Assembly: GCA_000708835.1 (NCBI GenBank)
Contig: DF236980.1
Coordinates: 1-64,000, forward strand
DNA from: Klebsormidium nitens
Lineage: Eukaryota; Plantae; Klebsormidiophyceae
Direction of reading: 5' to 3'
Length of the DNA: 64,000 nucleotides
Each line of letters opens with the position of its first letter. Within the stretch, counting starts at the first letter, position 1. Positions 1 through 12,387 of the stretch are shown piece after piece. The position numbers were made by a program, and so were the translations under genes. The notes beneath the pieces are model-generated. The model had not been told where the DNA came from. It worked only from the letters and a program-made list of their open reading frames with translations, and searched no databases.

Positions 1-2
1 CC

Positions 3-1616
3 GGTCAAGATCAGCAAGCCCCCGCCACCAGAGCCCAGGGTGGTCAATTGAACGGAGAACCCGCTAAGACCCCGGTTGCTTTGAGCCAGCCACAAGCAGC
101 CACTGCAAACCCATCAAGCCCTCGGAACAAGACCGCCCCGCCCCAAGTTGGATCAACCTTCTCAAGCAAGACAGGTGTGTCAGTGGAAGGAGCTTCTGCG
201 CAGGCGGCGTATCCTGAGAACGCTCGCACGTACAGCAGCGTCGTGAAAGTGGGCAAGCAGTACACTGACGGTGCGCGGCGCCTGGTCAGAGCAGAAACTG
301 ACAACCGCAAAAACCTGGCAAACGCTCAGAGGGAAAAGACCCAGCAACGAAGCGTGACCCAACAAATAGCGAAAGCTACGGGCGCTCTTCGGGCCGAGGT
401 TGCTCAGCTTGAGAAAGAGAAAGCTGAGATGGGGAACAACAACTCCAAGAAGGACGAGCAAATCAGACAGTTGAGTGCGGAGCTTCAGCGCGCCGCGAGG
501 GGATGGCAGGACGCCTGGGAACAGGAGGCTTCGAAGTACAAGGCTGACATTCTGAACTTAAAGAAGCGCCTAGAAGAGTCGGATAATCATGGGAAAACCC
601 TGCAAGCGGAGGTGCAGAGACGGGGCCAGGAAATCACCCGAGAGCAGGCCCGTGCGAATGCGGAGGCGGAGAAGAGGGTTGAGTCGGAGACCAGACTCCA
701 AGCCCTGCAAAAGACTTCCGTCCATGAGCGCCTGTTCAACCAGGTCTCCGGGGAGTTGGCGGCCCTCAAGCAGCAACTGGGGGCTACGTCCGACGCAAAC
801 TGCATCGCCAACAGGAACGCCCTCAATTCGGCGGTCCAGAACTTGAAGAAGAAGGTCGTCTTCTGCGCCATGGCCCTGATGCAGGAGTCGGAGCCTCCCG
901 TCGACCCCAGGGCTCTGCAGCCCAGCGCGCACTTCTCCAACCCGGAGGACAGGCAGGCCTTGCTGGAGGGTCTGCTGTCCCGCATCCTTTTCCAGGGCTT
1001 CGAGAACGAGGGGTTCGTACCGGAAGGCAGCGCGTGCTTTGGCAGCAAGCGGGACCGCTGCGCCAAGTACGAGGCTCAGTACAAGGCCCTCACGGAGCGT
1101 GACGCGGCGCCCCCTGGTTACGCAGAGTTTCTCCAGGAACGGACGGCGCTCATACAGAGCGAGCTTGCCAGGCTCCTGAACGTGGACCCGTCCAAATGCT
1201 CCGCCAACTTCGGGAAGTACTGGGCTGCCGCGCTGAGGGACGTCTTCACCCTGCATCTGCTAACGCTGGCCGCGCCCGTCCTCCCGCGGCTCATCCGGCG
1301 CGTGCGGGGGGATCCCTTCGATCCGGTGTACTGCGAGAAGACCTTCGCGTGCACGCGCGAGCGGGAGGGTTTCGTTGACACCGTCGCTTTCATGTTATAC
1401 CCTGGGCTGTGCTTGATGGACGAGGTTGTGCCGGGCCTGACCAGCGAGGTATACCTGGAGAATCAGTTAGCGGCGGGGCAGCCAGAAAGCAACGGGGGGG
1501 AGCTGCACGTGCCCAACAACGGGCAAGCCTCGGCCGAAGAACAGCAGAAGGCAGACGAGGAAATGGCAGACGCAGGGCCAGGCCGCACGGTTGGAAACGG
1601 AGACCATACGCACTAG
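3..1616 (+). CDS. Coiled-coil protein with GIL1/IRK-interacting-like C-terminal domain (5' partial, intronless in window)
   Basis: The frame is open from position 3; the track start at 48 is a TTG, so the true start lies upstream of the window. Long coiled-coil region, then LFQGFENEGF...W..ALRDVFTLHLL...GDPFDPVYCE...VAFMLYPGL...VYLE, which resembles the plant GIL1/IRKI C-terminal domain. Clear paralog at 3021-4805. Family assignment is from motif recall. Confidence 0.75.
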   Translation, partial: GQDQQAPATRAQGGQLNGEPAKTPVALSQPQAATANPSSPRNKTAPPQVGSTFSSKTGVSVEGASAQAAYPENARTYSSVVKVGKQYTDGARRLVRAETDNRKNLANAQREKTQQRSVTQQIAKATGALRAEVAQLEKEKAEMGNNNSKKDEQIRQLSAELQRAARGWQDAWEQEASKYKADILNLKKRLEESDNHGKTLQAEVQRRGQEITREQARANAEAEKRVESETRLQALQKTSVHERLFNQVSGELAALKQQLGATSDANCIANRNALNSAVQNLKKKVVFCAMALMQESEPPVDPRALQPSAHFSNPEDRQALLEGLLSRILFQGFENEGFVPEGSACFGSKRDRCAKYEAQYKALTERDAAPPGYAEFLQERTALIQSELARLLNVDPSKCSANFGKYWAAALRDVFTLHLLTLAAPVLPRLIRRVRGDPFDPVYCEKTFACTREREGFVDTVAFMLYPGLCLMDEVVPGLTSEVYLENQLAAGQPESNGGELHVPNNGQASAEEQQKADEEMADAGPGRTVGNGDHTH

Positions 1617-3020
1617 GCTAGATTCTCTAAGAGGGCTCAGACTTTAGAACTCAACCGCTTATGTTGTAACCTCTGATAACTGCCGCACGGTCTGCTTTTG
1701 ATGCCCGTTAAGTAGGTGCAGGATTTAACAGTAGATAGTTTTCTATGCCAAGATTCTCACTCTTCGCCTTGCTTATAGGAACTTTTGGAACCTGTGCTTA
1801 GATAGGCATTGAACTCATTCGACATTCATTGGTTTCAATTAAATCAAGCGGCCCGCTTTTTCTCAACATGACCCACTCGTTTGCATTCCCTTTCTTCGTC
1901 GGCCGACTGCACAATCCTATCCCCACCTTCGCGACAGTCCTCAGCCATCGAAAGATGTTCCTTCGACTCTGACGTCCAGTTAGTCGACTTTCAGAATGTA
2001 AGTTAGCTGCATACATAAACATACGCAGCGAAACATCGCATGTACATCTGCGCATTCAATCTGGATACTCTTTATAAGTCGTCAACTCTACTCAGCTCAT
2101 GTAGCTCGAGATCAGACCGTGTGGTTCTGACCACGTTGGTAATCTCCACGACCGCAGAACAGAGAGCTTAAATTTCATGTTTTGACTCATTGATTCGACT
2201 AGCATGTCCTGCACTAGCTATCGCCGTCTTGCTTTCTCTCCAAGGAGCAAATGCATTCGTACCCCAACTTTGTGATCATAGGCATGCTAGGATACAGCAG
2301 GATAATACGCCCCGTCAAATTGTCGGATTGGGGAGGACATGATTAATTGGCCTGGCGCATAACGAGAATGTTACAGTAGACATCGTCGGCCGATGTCACA
2401 TGAGCATTGGGGTGGCCGGTCATGATGCGGAGCATATTGATTGTGGAATGAACAATCTTCTGAACAGCCGGATGTTGTTTCTGATGATTGTTCCATTGAA
2501 TCGTTGGTAACGAGCTCCCATGAAGGGTTGTAACCAAGCTGGGTCCGGCTTGAAAATTATCGCCTCAACAATAAGCCAGATAACCATGAGAAGTACTTGT
2601 ATTTGAATAAATTGGTGTCTTGACATTTATGTCATGCTGCTTGAAGGGCTTTTATGCACAAGTCTATTGGAAGAGCTGGCTGATTGGCAATGGTACCGGT
2701 GACGGGACAATTTGCAAGGTGCAGTTGGGTACTACGCAGAGCACAGACATCAATGGGACCGTCAAGAGCACTGAACTGATATAATGTCTGATCAAGAAGC
2801 TTTCTGAAAGCTTCGACTCAACGCAATCAACGGGACGATTGCATTGAAAGCAGAGCGTTTCAAAAATCAGAGAGATATCCAAGTGTGTCCGGAATGTTTC
2901 TTCGCCTGTAACCATACAAGGAAGTTCTGCATCGTTCAATTCATCTCTACCTATTGGCCTTTCACAAATTGTACTCGTCAGACATTCCTCCTACCATCTT
3001 CTCCGTTGCTGTTGAGAAAC

Positions 3021-4805
3021 TCAAGCAAATCGGTTACTGCCTGCCTGCATAGGTTCCAAGTACACTTGGCACTTCAGCCCCGGTACGACTTCGTCCAGGA
3101 GGCAAAGACCCGGATAGACTGAAAACGCTACTTTCTTAGTGAACGCCCCGCCGTTAGTCGAGCAAGCCGGATCAAGCTCGCAGAACATTGGGTCGAAGGG
3201 ATCCCCCTGCTGCCGGCGGATCAATCTGGGAGGGACGGTGAACGCTAGCGCCAGCAAATGGAGGGCGTACACGTGTCTGAGCGCTTCCGCCCAGTTCTTG
3301 TCGAAGTCTCGGCCCCCCTTGTCACGGATGTTCGCGGCCAGGACGCGCGTCTTCTCGTCCGCAAACGCCCGAAACTCCGCTGACTCCGGGGCGTCACCCT
3401 CTACGAACGCCACGTAGGACTGCTCGTACTTGGCGCAGCGCTCGGCCCTCCCGTAGAGGCTTGCCGAGCCCCCCCTTCTGAAGCTCTCGTTCTCGAACCC
3501 CTCGAAAAGGACGTCCGAGAGCAGGCTGCTCAGCCTGCATTCCCTGGCAGCCCGTGAAGCGAGCTCCCGCCCCGTGGCTTGCGGCTCGTGCGTCAGGCTC
3601 TGGGCGCAGGCCGCAATGCTCTTCACAACCCGCCTCATAGCCGAACCGAGCGAGGCCTGGTTGGTGAAGCGGTTCGCGTCCGAGGACCCCGCAAGCTGCT
3701 GCTTCACCCGCGCCAACTCCTTTTCGATCTCCGTGGAAAGCGACGTAGCCTGCTGCAGGCGTCTCTCGGTTTCGTGCAGCTTGGCCTCCGTCTGCGCTAG
3801 CCGGTCTTTGAGGGATGAGCAGTCAGGCTCCTCCTGTGCCCCCTGCGCTTTACCCCGAGCGTCCGCCCCAGACCGCTTGATCCTGTCCGATTGTTCGGAC
3901 CCTCTGACCGTTTGACTGGCCGCGTAGACTTTTTTCTGAGCCCCGGCCAAACTCTCTGCTCCTTCACGGCTGGCCATATTTTCGAGCTCTTGCCGCTCTC
4001 TGTTGAGCCGCTCGGTGTGAAGTTTAAGCTCCGTCTCATGCCTGAGCTTCTCAGCCCTGACGGCCCCCTCCCCCTGAGCTTTCTCATCCGCTAACCTCTC
4101 CTTCAGTTGTGCCAAGTCCTTGGTCAGCCGGCCCTCTCTCTCCGAGCTAGTTGCAAGCTCACTCTGCATTGTCTGAAGTTCCCTCTTCATGCTAGTGCAC
4201 TTTTCTTCCCTTGCAGCCAGCGCTTGCGTCGCGCTCTCGAGCTTTGCTTGCAGACTTGTCAGCTTGATCTGGGCGCTTTGCCTCCGCTGACGCTCCCCAT
4301 CATATTTGTCCTGCCATTCTTCTGCGTTGTGAAACTCAGTCGCCTCCGCTTCCCGCACATTCACGACAAGGTCACCCCTTTCAACCAGGCGGGAAACTTC
4401 CTCGGCTTCGACCAGAATCTGCAAAAGCTCGGCTGCTTGTTTGCTTTTAAACTCTGCTAGCTTCGTCTTCAACTTTTCCGCAGCTTGAAGAAGATCTCGC
4501 CGGGAAGAAACCAAACCCTCCTTGTCAGCCGTGGTCTTTCCGGTCGCTTGTCTATAATCAAGGACCGGCTGATGTGCTTCTTCCAACCGGCTGCTAGATG
4601 GTCGCGCTGTGACAGGCTTTGCTAAAGGGCCAGCAGTTGCTTTCAGGATCGGACTACTCAGCCTACTTGAAGCCTGCCCTGTATACACGCTCTTGGCGGC
4701 AGATGCTTTATATAAAGTACTGTCACCTCTTTTAGAGTAAAAAGAGGACGCCATTCTCTCTTTTTGCCCTTCTGCGTCCGCACGTCTACTGCTGTTCATT
4801 GACAT
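3021..4805 (-). CDS. Coiled-coil protein with GIL1/IRK-interacting-like C-terminal domain, 594 aa, intronless
   Basis: ATG at 4805, uninterrupted 594-aa ORF. The C-terminal ~230 aa align by eye with the 3-1616 protein (FEGFENESF, RCAKYEQSY, RLIRR..GDPFDP..CE, VAF..YPGLCL.DEVVPGL...VYLE). Confidence 0.8.
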   Translation of the reverse strand: MSMNSSRRADAEGQKERMASSFYSKRGDSTLYKASAAKSVYTGQASSRLSSPILKATAGPLAKPVTARPSSSRLEEAHQPVLDYRQATGKTTADKEGLVSSRRDLLQAAEKLKTKLAEFKSKQAAELLQILVEAEEVSRLVERGDLVVNVREAEATEFHNAEEWQDKYDGERQRRQSAQIKLTSLQAKLESATQALAAREEKCTSMKRELQTMQSELATSSEREGRLTKDLAQLKERLADEKAQGEGAVRAEKLRHETELKLHTERLNRERQELENMASREGAESLAGAQKKVYAASQTVRGSEQSDRIKRSGADARGKAQGAQEEPDCSSLKDRLAQTEAKLHETERRLQQATSLSTEIEKELARVKQQLAGSSDANRFTNQASLGSAMRRVVKSIAACAQSLTHEPQATGRELASRAARECRLSSLLSDVLFEGFENESFRRGGSASLYGRAERCAKYEQSYVAFVEGDAPESAEFRAFADEKTRVLAANIRDKGGRDFDKNWAEALRHVYALHLLALAFTVPPRLIRRQQGDPFDPMFCELDPACSTNGGAFTKKVAFSVYPGLCLLDEVVPGLKCQVYLEPMQAGSNRFA

Positions 4806-5881
4806 GTTTCTCTATGTTGAAAAAAGGGCGCACAAATCCCTCCAACGCTGCACAGTCATCGCCTGACGACCGAGCATCCTCTCCAAGGGTCTGAGCAAGT
4901 CTAAAATCTACTTGATCACGACCACGATCATTCAATGAATTTTCCAATCACTTGAGAACCCCTTTTTAGCTCAATTGCTGACCGTCCAATCAAATCGGGT
5001 TGACTCAGTCAGGCCCTTCGATATATGACTCTATGACGTCGACTTGCGTTCAGCCTCTCCAGTTGTTGTATACTACTATTCAAGGAAGTCAAGAAGTACT
5101 GCTGATCTTAAAGTAGGTACCTTCTGACAGATTGGTGCCATGTGCAGTCCCGGAGTTTGAGATGAGATGGCGTCTCTTATATACACTTGGAGTGATGTTC
5201 AGACAAAAGTGTTGTTGTAGTTGTTGACTAGATTTGTATCAATTTCTTTGGTTGAAAGTCGCAATCAGTCCGGCATGTCTCATGCCGGCGTGTCGGTTTG
5301 CTAAGCTTCGCACGTTCCATCCTCACTGTACAGCTGTACAGCAATATATGTACACCCGTTCTCTCAGCTTCACAGGAATCCCTGTATCAGCTTGGTGTAG
5401 TAAGGGTTGCCATGCGCTTGGCTAGAGAACTAAGAGGGTGCCGCGTGGCAGCCGCAAAGCGCTTAAAGGTGATAGCACACATGCCCGATGTTGAACGGGT
5501 GCTCGTGTATAAGAAGGTTTTCTTTCCCGCTCGACGACTTTATGCTATGAGATCGGTCACTATGCAATCGTACAGCTTGAGTACAATCTCAGCCACTCAC
5601 AGTACTCAAAGCAACGTTCTAGAAGTCCGAGAGTAAGGGCTACGTCCACACGATCGACGTCGTCTCATCTTCCAGCACCGGAAGGCTTGAGAAAAAGCGG
5701 CAACCGACGGTGGGTGTCCTGAAACCGCTGGCTAAGCTAAGACAAACACTCAGCCCTTGTCAATATTGTGTTCCATTTTTCAGAAATCTAATGTCAGATT
5801 GCTGTACAGTTTCGGGCTATGAATTAGTACAAAATCGTCAAGAAATATATTTGAAGCTGGTCTGCCGTTCTCAGGCTGCTG

Positions 5882-5917
5882 AGGCCTGGGTACCGGCTAA
5901 GGCCTGGGTACCGGCTA
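5882..5917. repeat. Perfect 18-bp tandem duplication
   Basis: aggcctgggtaccggcta twice, at 5882-5899 and 5900-5917. Confidence 0.9.
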
Positions 5918-6096
5918 AGTACCTGATAAAGAGGACAGCGCCCGGAGCGAGTCGCTAAACTGCAGTGCCTGGCCCAATTCTGCCGATCATGCAGGTATCA
6001 ACACGTACACATAATGAGTCATGACCCCATACTTGGCCCCACCTGTCCCGGAGGCCGATTTCTGTCCGAGTCGGCTTGCAAGGCTACCTGTCAATA

Positions 6097-6302
6097 CCGT
6101 ACCAATTGTCCGGTTGGGCAACAATTAAATATTCTTTGAGTTGCCCAAATATTTGAATTGAAAATACATTCCGATTAAGGTTTCGCTGATCATTTTGCCC
6201 CGTAAAGAAACAAAATAAATGCATAAATGAAGCTGCCCAAAATCCATGAGATACGAAATTAATTATTGGGCAAAAATCTGCCCAACCGGACAATTGGTAC
6301 GG
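6097..6302. mobile_element. MITE, 206 bp, Tc1/mariner-like (TA target-site duplication)
   Basis: Perfect 24-bp terminal inverted repeats ccgtaccaattgtccggttgggca (6097-6120) and its reverse complement (6279-6302). TA on both flanks (6095-6096, 6303-6304). AT-rich non-coding interior with extra TGCCCAA motifs. Confidence 0.85.
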
Positions 6303-7694
6303 TAGTATACCTAGGTAGTAGCTGGACTATCGTACGGGCCGCAATTCAGCCGAAACCGAGTCAGAATGCTCAACCGTACTTGCAACCGTCTACTTGTAGT
6401 GGCATGCGCGTATTGAAATTCTTGGCGTTTTTTGCAGTCCGTCGATCTCGCGCTTTGGAACGAATCGACGGGTTCGACAAGGTACAATTGCCATAACTTT
6501 TCTGACGCGCGCGGGCCCAAGCTTGTTGCGGTTGAACAATAATGGGTCGTACTAGTGTACGGCATTACAAGGTGAGCTGTTCCCCGCGTACCGGCCACTC
6601 GTGCAGGCCTTACTAGGTAGGTACTATCCGGTTCATCCAATTCATACTCCTCGTCCTCATCGAAACATCCAGGACCTGCCTCTGAGGACGTGAACTGTAC
6701 CGTACATCTAGCCGTCCTGACCACATGATCTACAATGTTTGGGACGAATCCAAACAGCAGCGCGCTGCATGATGCGCTTGACGTCACTTCAGTAGCCTCC
6801 ATGTGGAAACCGCTCCCAGGCCGCGCGAACATTCCGCGGAAGACTGGCCTAGGATCCGACGCAAAGGTGATGCGCTGGGCAGACTGGATTTGTCAGTTAG
6901 TGTGCTTGCTAATACTAATTATGCAGTACACTTTGTGACAGAACCGTCCGCTCCTCGTTCCACAGTTCGTTCGTTCGTTGCCTTGGCCGCACGATACTGG
7001 GGCTTCATACGCCCACTCGCGTGCTGGCGTGCTAGCTATGGTCCATGAGTATGCAGAACGACTATGTGGATTGTCATAGCTCGCACTATGACGATGAATC
7101 GCATTCCCGTGTGCATTGCACTAGCTAGTGCTTGTGAATTTGCTCACCTAAGGAATGATGTCACTAGTGAGTGGCTTGAATTAGTACGTCTGCACAACTT
7201 TGAGCGAGAATGGACCGCATTAGTCTTGCTGGGCAGCGTGTGCAGCCGGAATCGGCTGCCTTGAACTTGAAGCGCCGCTTGTATGCAGTTCCGCAAGCCA
7301 TATTGCTGAACCTTTACGAGAACCTACAGAAGGTACTCACATGAGTCTGCCGTTGTGTCCTTTGCACCTAAGCCGTCAGCTGTGTGTACGTCATGCAATG
7401 CGTACAAGGGCTGCCTGAATGATCGTGCTTTCTTAATAGTGCTGAGTCACCTGCTTGTGTGAGTGCTTTATCTTCCTGACCTGCTTGACAGGTCGAGAAC
7501 CGTCCCCGTAGCAAAGTCTTCCTAGGTGCCAGTATGCTAGGTAAGAACTTAGGATTCCAAGGTCCAGCTTAACAAGGAGCGTATCAAGATTCGTGAACAC
7601 ATTTCTTGGAACTCTCTTCAACACTCCGTGCTCTATTTCTCTCACACTAGCTACTTTCGAAGACGCGACCCGCTACTTCCTTCCCTCTGTCACC

Positions 7695-10600
7695 ATGGAT
7701 ATTACCGCGGAGGAGTCCAAGTACGTGATTGGGCTGGACTTTGGAACCACTTTCTCTGGGATCGCCGTAGCCGCCCGCTCTTCCAAAGATAAGATCTTCA
7801 TCAAGGAGGATTGGGAGGCCCAGACGGAGCTGGTGGGGGGCTCATACTGCAAGACGATCACTGCCAGCCTTTACCACAATGGCAAACTGGAAGGCTGGGG
7901 GTGGCCAGCGTTGCTCAAGTACAACAAAGCCGTTGAGGGGGCCATCATCAACCAGGCCAAAAGCGGCACGCATGACCCCAACAAGGACGTGGATCTGGGC
8001 GGAATGGAACTGCTGGAGCGCTTCAAGCTGCTGCTCGCGCCTGAGGGAACCGCGAAGACGGCCCTTGTCCTGCCTAAGGGCCTGACCAAGGAAAAGGTAG
8101 TGGCCGACTATCTGGCGTGCGTTGCGGAGGCGGGGTTGACCCTGCTCCGGAAGAACTTCGGCGACTTCATCCAGCCGGAACACGTGCAGTGGTGTCTCAC
8201 GGGTGAGGATCGAGTCTCCGTGGAGCGTGAATGTTTGTAACACGAATGCGGTGCTTTTGGAAGGGGATGCTTTGGCTGCTTCAGGGATTTCAGCGGAAAT
8301 AGGAAGGGTGCAGAACCACCGTTAGGCTCCCAACAAAAATGCACCACTTGAAAATCGGAGTTGGGATCGGAAAGGGTCCTCTAAGATGATGTCTTGTGGT
8401 AATGACACGGTGTTGAGAGGAGCGTCTTTTCAGGCGCTCCGCAGAAATAAGTGATATCTCCAAAATATACACTCTATCCGACCGGAGTGAGATCCTTCGT
8501 CACGAGTCAGGCAATAATCGCTAGACGACAATGGTGTTTGTTGAAGCAGTGATGGGCTGCAAAATTGCAGTTTGATCTGATGGTTCTTGTTGATTCCTAC
8601 AACTTGTTCGTTCGAGCGACTCAAAAGTACTTCAAAGGTTTTCCTAAACCAGTCTTGTGCTTCTACGCTTACGTTATCCTCCAATCTCCCACGACTACGA
8701 CAGCGGACACCCTGCTTGGAACTTTGCATCTGGGCTACTTCTCCTCTGTTAAGATTCGGTCACGGAATGATAAGGTGACCGCAAAAGCTATTTTGTAAGA
8801 AGCATCTGATCGTATATGAACTATATGAACCATGAAATGAATCTTTGCGGATTCTTGGCATCATTCGTTTCTACTTCAGTGGTTTTCCCTTTGTGCTGGG
8901 CGCTTCGTAATTCACCTGATCGAGAGGAGAATCCAGAAATCACAACTCTCTCTTTTTACCGACAGTCTTTGTTTTTGCACGTTTGATTGAAGGTCAACTT
9001 GAAGGAGACTGAATGCCAACTTCCTAAATCTTCCTGAAAATCTTCCTGAATCTTCCTGAAAAGTACAGCAATTGTCGAGGATCCTCGAATCCGGTTTGCA
9101 AGGTAATCTGCCGCAGCGAGAGTCCAGTCTTCCACTCAAAGTGAGATGAATCCCAAAGATGTGCTTGGTGCAATTGGCGCGCTTCTTCCGACCTTCTACT
9201 TTCTGCACCAAATTCTTTATCTGATGCACTCTGCAGAATAGCTATCGACCGAAACCTCGTTGCCCACATTGCTGCCCAGCATAAAAGAATCGTCTACCCT
9301 GGACATTGGTCGCTGTGCTTCTCGGTTCAAGTGGGGACTCAGCAGATCTTCTGCAACTACTTCTCTTTGTCAAAACTAACTGTATGATTTCTCGTTCAGT
9401 AAAGCGCCGCCTGTCTATCTGGCAGCACCGTTGCCTGTTCTCAACTATTGACCGTTCTCTTCTCGCAGTGCCCGCTATCTGGACCAATGCTGCGAAGGTG
9501 GTGATGCAGAAGTGCGCCGAGCAGGCGGGTCTGTTGAAAACCAAGACCAACCCCAAGGGCAGTCCGTTTCCGCTCATCATTGTTCTGGAACCGGAAGCCG
9601 CGTCCCTGTACTGCCAGCGGAACCTGGAAAAGGAGCTATCTCTCCAAGACAACGAGCCGTACATGGTGGTCGACGCCGGGGGCGGCACCGTCGATCTAGT
9701 TGTCCACGAGAAGCGCGGCGAAGGCTTGGGAGAACTAGAGATGGGCAGCGGCGGCACGTGCGGCGGGTCCTACGTGGACGACAACTTCTTCAAGTTCATG
9801 GCCGCCAAGTACCCCTTCTTCGGCAAGTGGGCGGGCATCCACAAGACCGGGCTGGACGAGCTCAAGCGCGACTGGCACACGCAGAAGAAGCTCTTCAAGG
9901 GGTCCGACGAGAGCATCCTTGTGCGCGTCCCGCACTCGTTCCTCGACATGGCGCGCGACGAGGGCGTCAAGGAGGCTTTCTCCAAGGGTTCGATCACGGT
10001 CAGCGGGGCCGAGGTAGCCGCCATCTTTGAACCGGTCGTGGAGGACATTCTGCAGCTCGTGCGGGACCAGCTGGCGAAGCAGCCCGGCTGCAAGACGCTA
10101 CTGCTGGTGGGCGGCTTCGCGGAGTCGGACTACCTCCACGACAGGATCAAGGCGGAGTTCAAGGCCAAGATCCCGGTCATCGTGCGCCCGGCGCAACCGG
10201 GGAGCGCCATCATCCAGGGCGCGGTCATCTTTGGCTTTGACCCGCGCAGGGCGATTCTGAACCGGAGGTACGCGTCCTTATATTCACCAGAAGAAACCCA
10301 ATGCGGGTTGGTGTGAACAGGCCGGAGCGATCTCTCTATGCATGATTGGTGCATCGTTGAGTACCGTCTTTCGCTTCTGATTCTCAAGTTTGTTGACCGA
10401 ATCAACGCAGTATCAGTTTAATCATTTATCAGCATCCGGATGATGGCAGCTCGTTGTCGAATTGGTGGCTGGTAGATTGAACTGGAAATAGTAGAGTCTG
10501 ATGCCGATCTCCAAAGATCCACTTTATAATTGTTTGGAAGAGAAAAGAGGACAGTGACGCCGTTGTGATCAGATCAAATATTTGGCTTCGAGGAAACCTG

Positions 10601-11175
10601 ACGTTCTTATTTGGCTACCCGTTCCACGTCCCTGTTTTTGGCCTACTTCAATCCTTTAAGGCACATATTCAACTGGGAGGGCACAGATTGCTCTGGACTT
10701 CCACAGTGTAGAAAGCGCTATATGTTACAATTTTGACTACAGATCCCGCAAGACGTACGGCATCGAAATTGCTGAAGAGTTCGTGGAGAGCCGCCATGAC
10801 GCCAGCAAGAAGTTCTACGAGGGGAGCCGCGCCTACTGCCGCAACCGCTTCCTCAAGTTCGTGACCGTCAATCAGGACATTTCGGTCGACGAAGTCGTCG
10901 AGCACATCGTGTTGCCGCTGAGCTCCACGCAGAGCGCAGTGTCCATTACCCTATACAGCACGGATCAGACGGACCCAGAGTACGTGACCGACGCCGGGCT
11001 GCACAAGGAGAGCTCCATTGTGATGGACCTGTCACAGTCGAGCCTCGGCAAGAAGAGCCAAATCGTCGTGAGCCTCAGCTTCGGCTCGACCAGCATTGAG
11101 GTCAAAGCCAAGGGCGGCAACTTCGCGGCGGAAGATGTTAAGTGTGAGGTGACCGGCCATTTTGAGATGCACTAG
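7695..11175 (+). CDS. Atypical Hsp70 family protein (HSPA12-like), 3 exons, 579 aa
   Basis: Exons 7695-8202, 9469-10267, 10743-11175 (1740 nt, phases consistent). Motifs VIGLDFGTTFSG, WCLT|VPAIW (restored by splicing), LEPEAASLYC, VVDAGGGTVDL, LLVGGFAES and R|SRKTYG. The C-terminus is HSPA12-type rather than a DnaK substrate-binding domain. Confidence 0.88.
9018..9063. repeat. Short imperfect tandem repeat in Hsp70-like intron 1
   Basis: About four copies of aatcttcctg. Confidence 0.7.
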
Positions 11176-12387
11176 ACGAGGCTCGCGGGTGCCAGGAGAC
11201 CAGGTACTAGGCTGCTCTCTGAGTTTTGCCCTTAGGGGCCCGCGGGGTTTGATCATACTAGCTTGCTCAGTTCGTAGTTTGACTAATTTCAAGTATACAG
11301 CTCAAGCTCGACTTGAAAAGCCATTGGCAGTAGGACCATACACAGCTTTACTATACTTGACAAGTTCAATGAACACCGTGCGCATCATCATTGCTCACAA
11401 AGTGACGTTTCCGGAGTTATAAACAGACAATCTGCATGATGCAGTCGGTAATTGCTGAGCACTATTATTACTGAGCACTACTAATATTTTAGTGATCACA
11501 AAGGTTCTGTCTTCATCAAGCAGCGCCCATGCAGGCCCGCAATATATAATGAATAATACCCGTAGGTAGAGTAGCGGGATCGACGGGATACTTACCTTGC
11601 AGTGATTGGCCGTACGTCACGGTGTGCGGCACGCGCGCCTCGATATCATGCAAGCCCCTATATTCTATCAATTGAGGCAGGCTCAGTCCCCCGGCTGCTC
11701 AAACTGGTTATGCTGCGGCATGCCAGTCCGCTATATAAGCCCTAGCACATATACCTAAGTGCACTCGTGTAAATATACGTACACGATGATATAATTAAAG
11801 AGATCGTGCCATGCATGTGTTGCAGATGACTCAATTTGACATCATCAATCGTATAAGTTCTTGAAACTATACAAAATATCGTGCACTATAATCATTGTAT
11901 GTTCAAAAGCTCCAAGGCCGCTTCCTTTGCGAGATTAAGTTCACTCTGCGGATCCTGATGCTTGCGCATTCGCAGTATCGATTTCAACTTATCCGTACTC
12001 ATACATATGGATTCAGCATATACGGAATTGTACAAAGTCGCATGCGGACGGCGATATGTGTATGACCGTTACCATCCAGGATTCCGTGCGATCTTACATG
12101 TATTTTCAACGTCACTGTACTTTGACGCACTGTCCGGTTCCAAATGGTGTCCAAAAATCTGTGCTGATCAAGAATCTGATGTGAGCCGGACTCTGAGTCT
12201 CGTGTACGGCCGAGCGCTAGACTGCGAGTACAGGTTCGTAGGAGTGCGCTAGTTTTCAAGGCAGGCTTCTTGTCATGCGCAGTCTACGGATTCAATGTGC
12301 AATTTCCATTGTTGCTCCCGAGCTTCTACATCCTTGTATAGCGTGTCCTAGTCCCCCTTCGATCCTACTCGAGCGCACTGGAAAGCC

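Noticed and set aside
5298-5636. ORF containing MRLARELRG, reminiscent of the histone H3 C-terminus
   Set aside because: Similarity is limited to a few residues, with no histone fold upstream.
6311-6832. 173-aa minus-strand ORF next to the MITE
   Set aside because: No transposase or other recognisable motif, lies outside the TIRs, and has no supporting splice structure.
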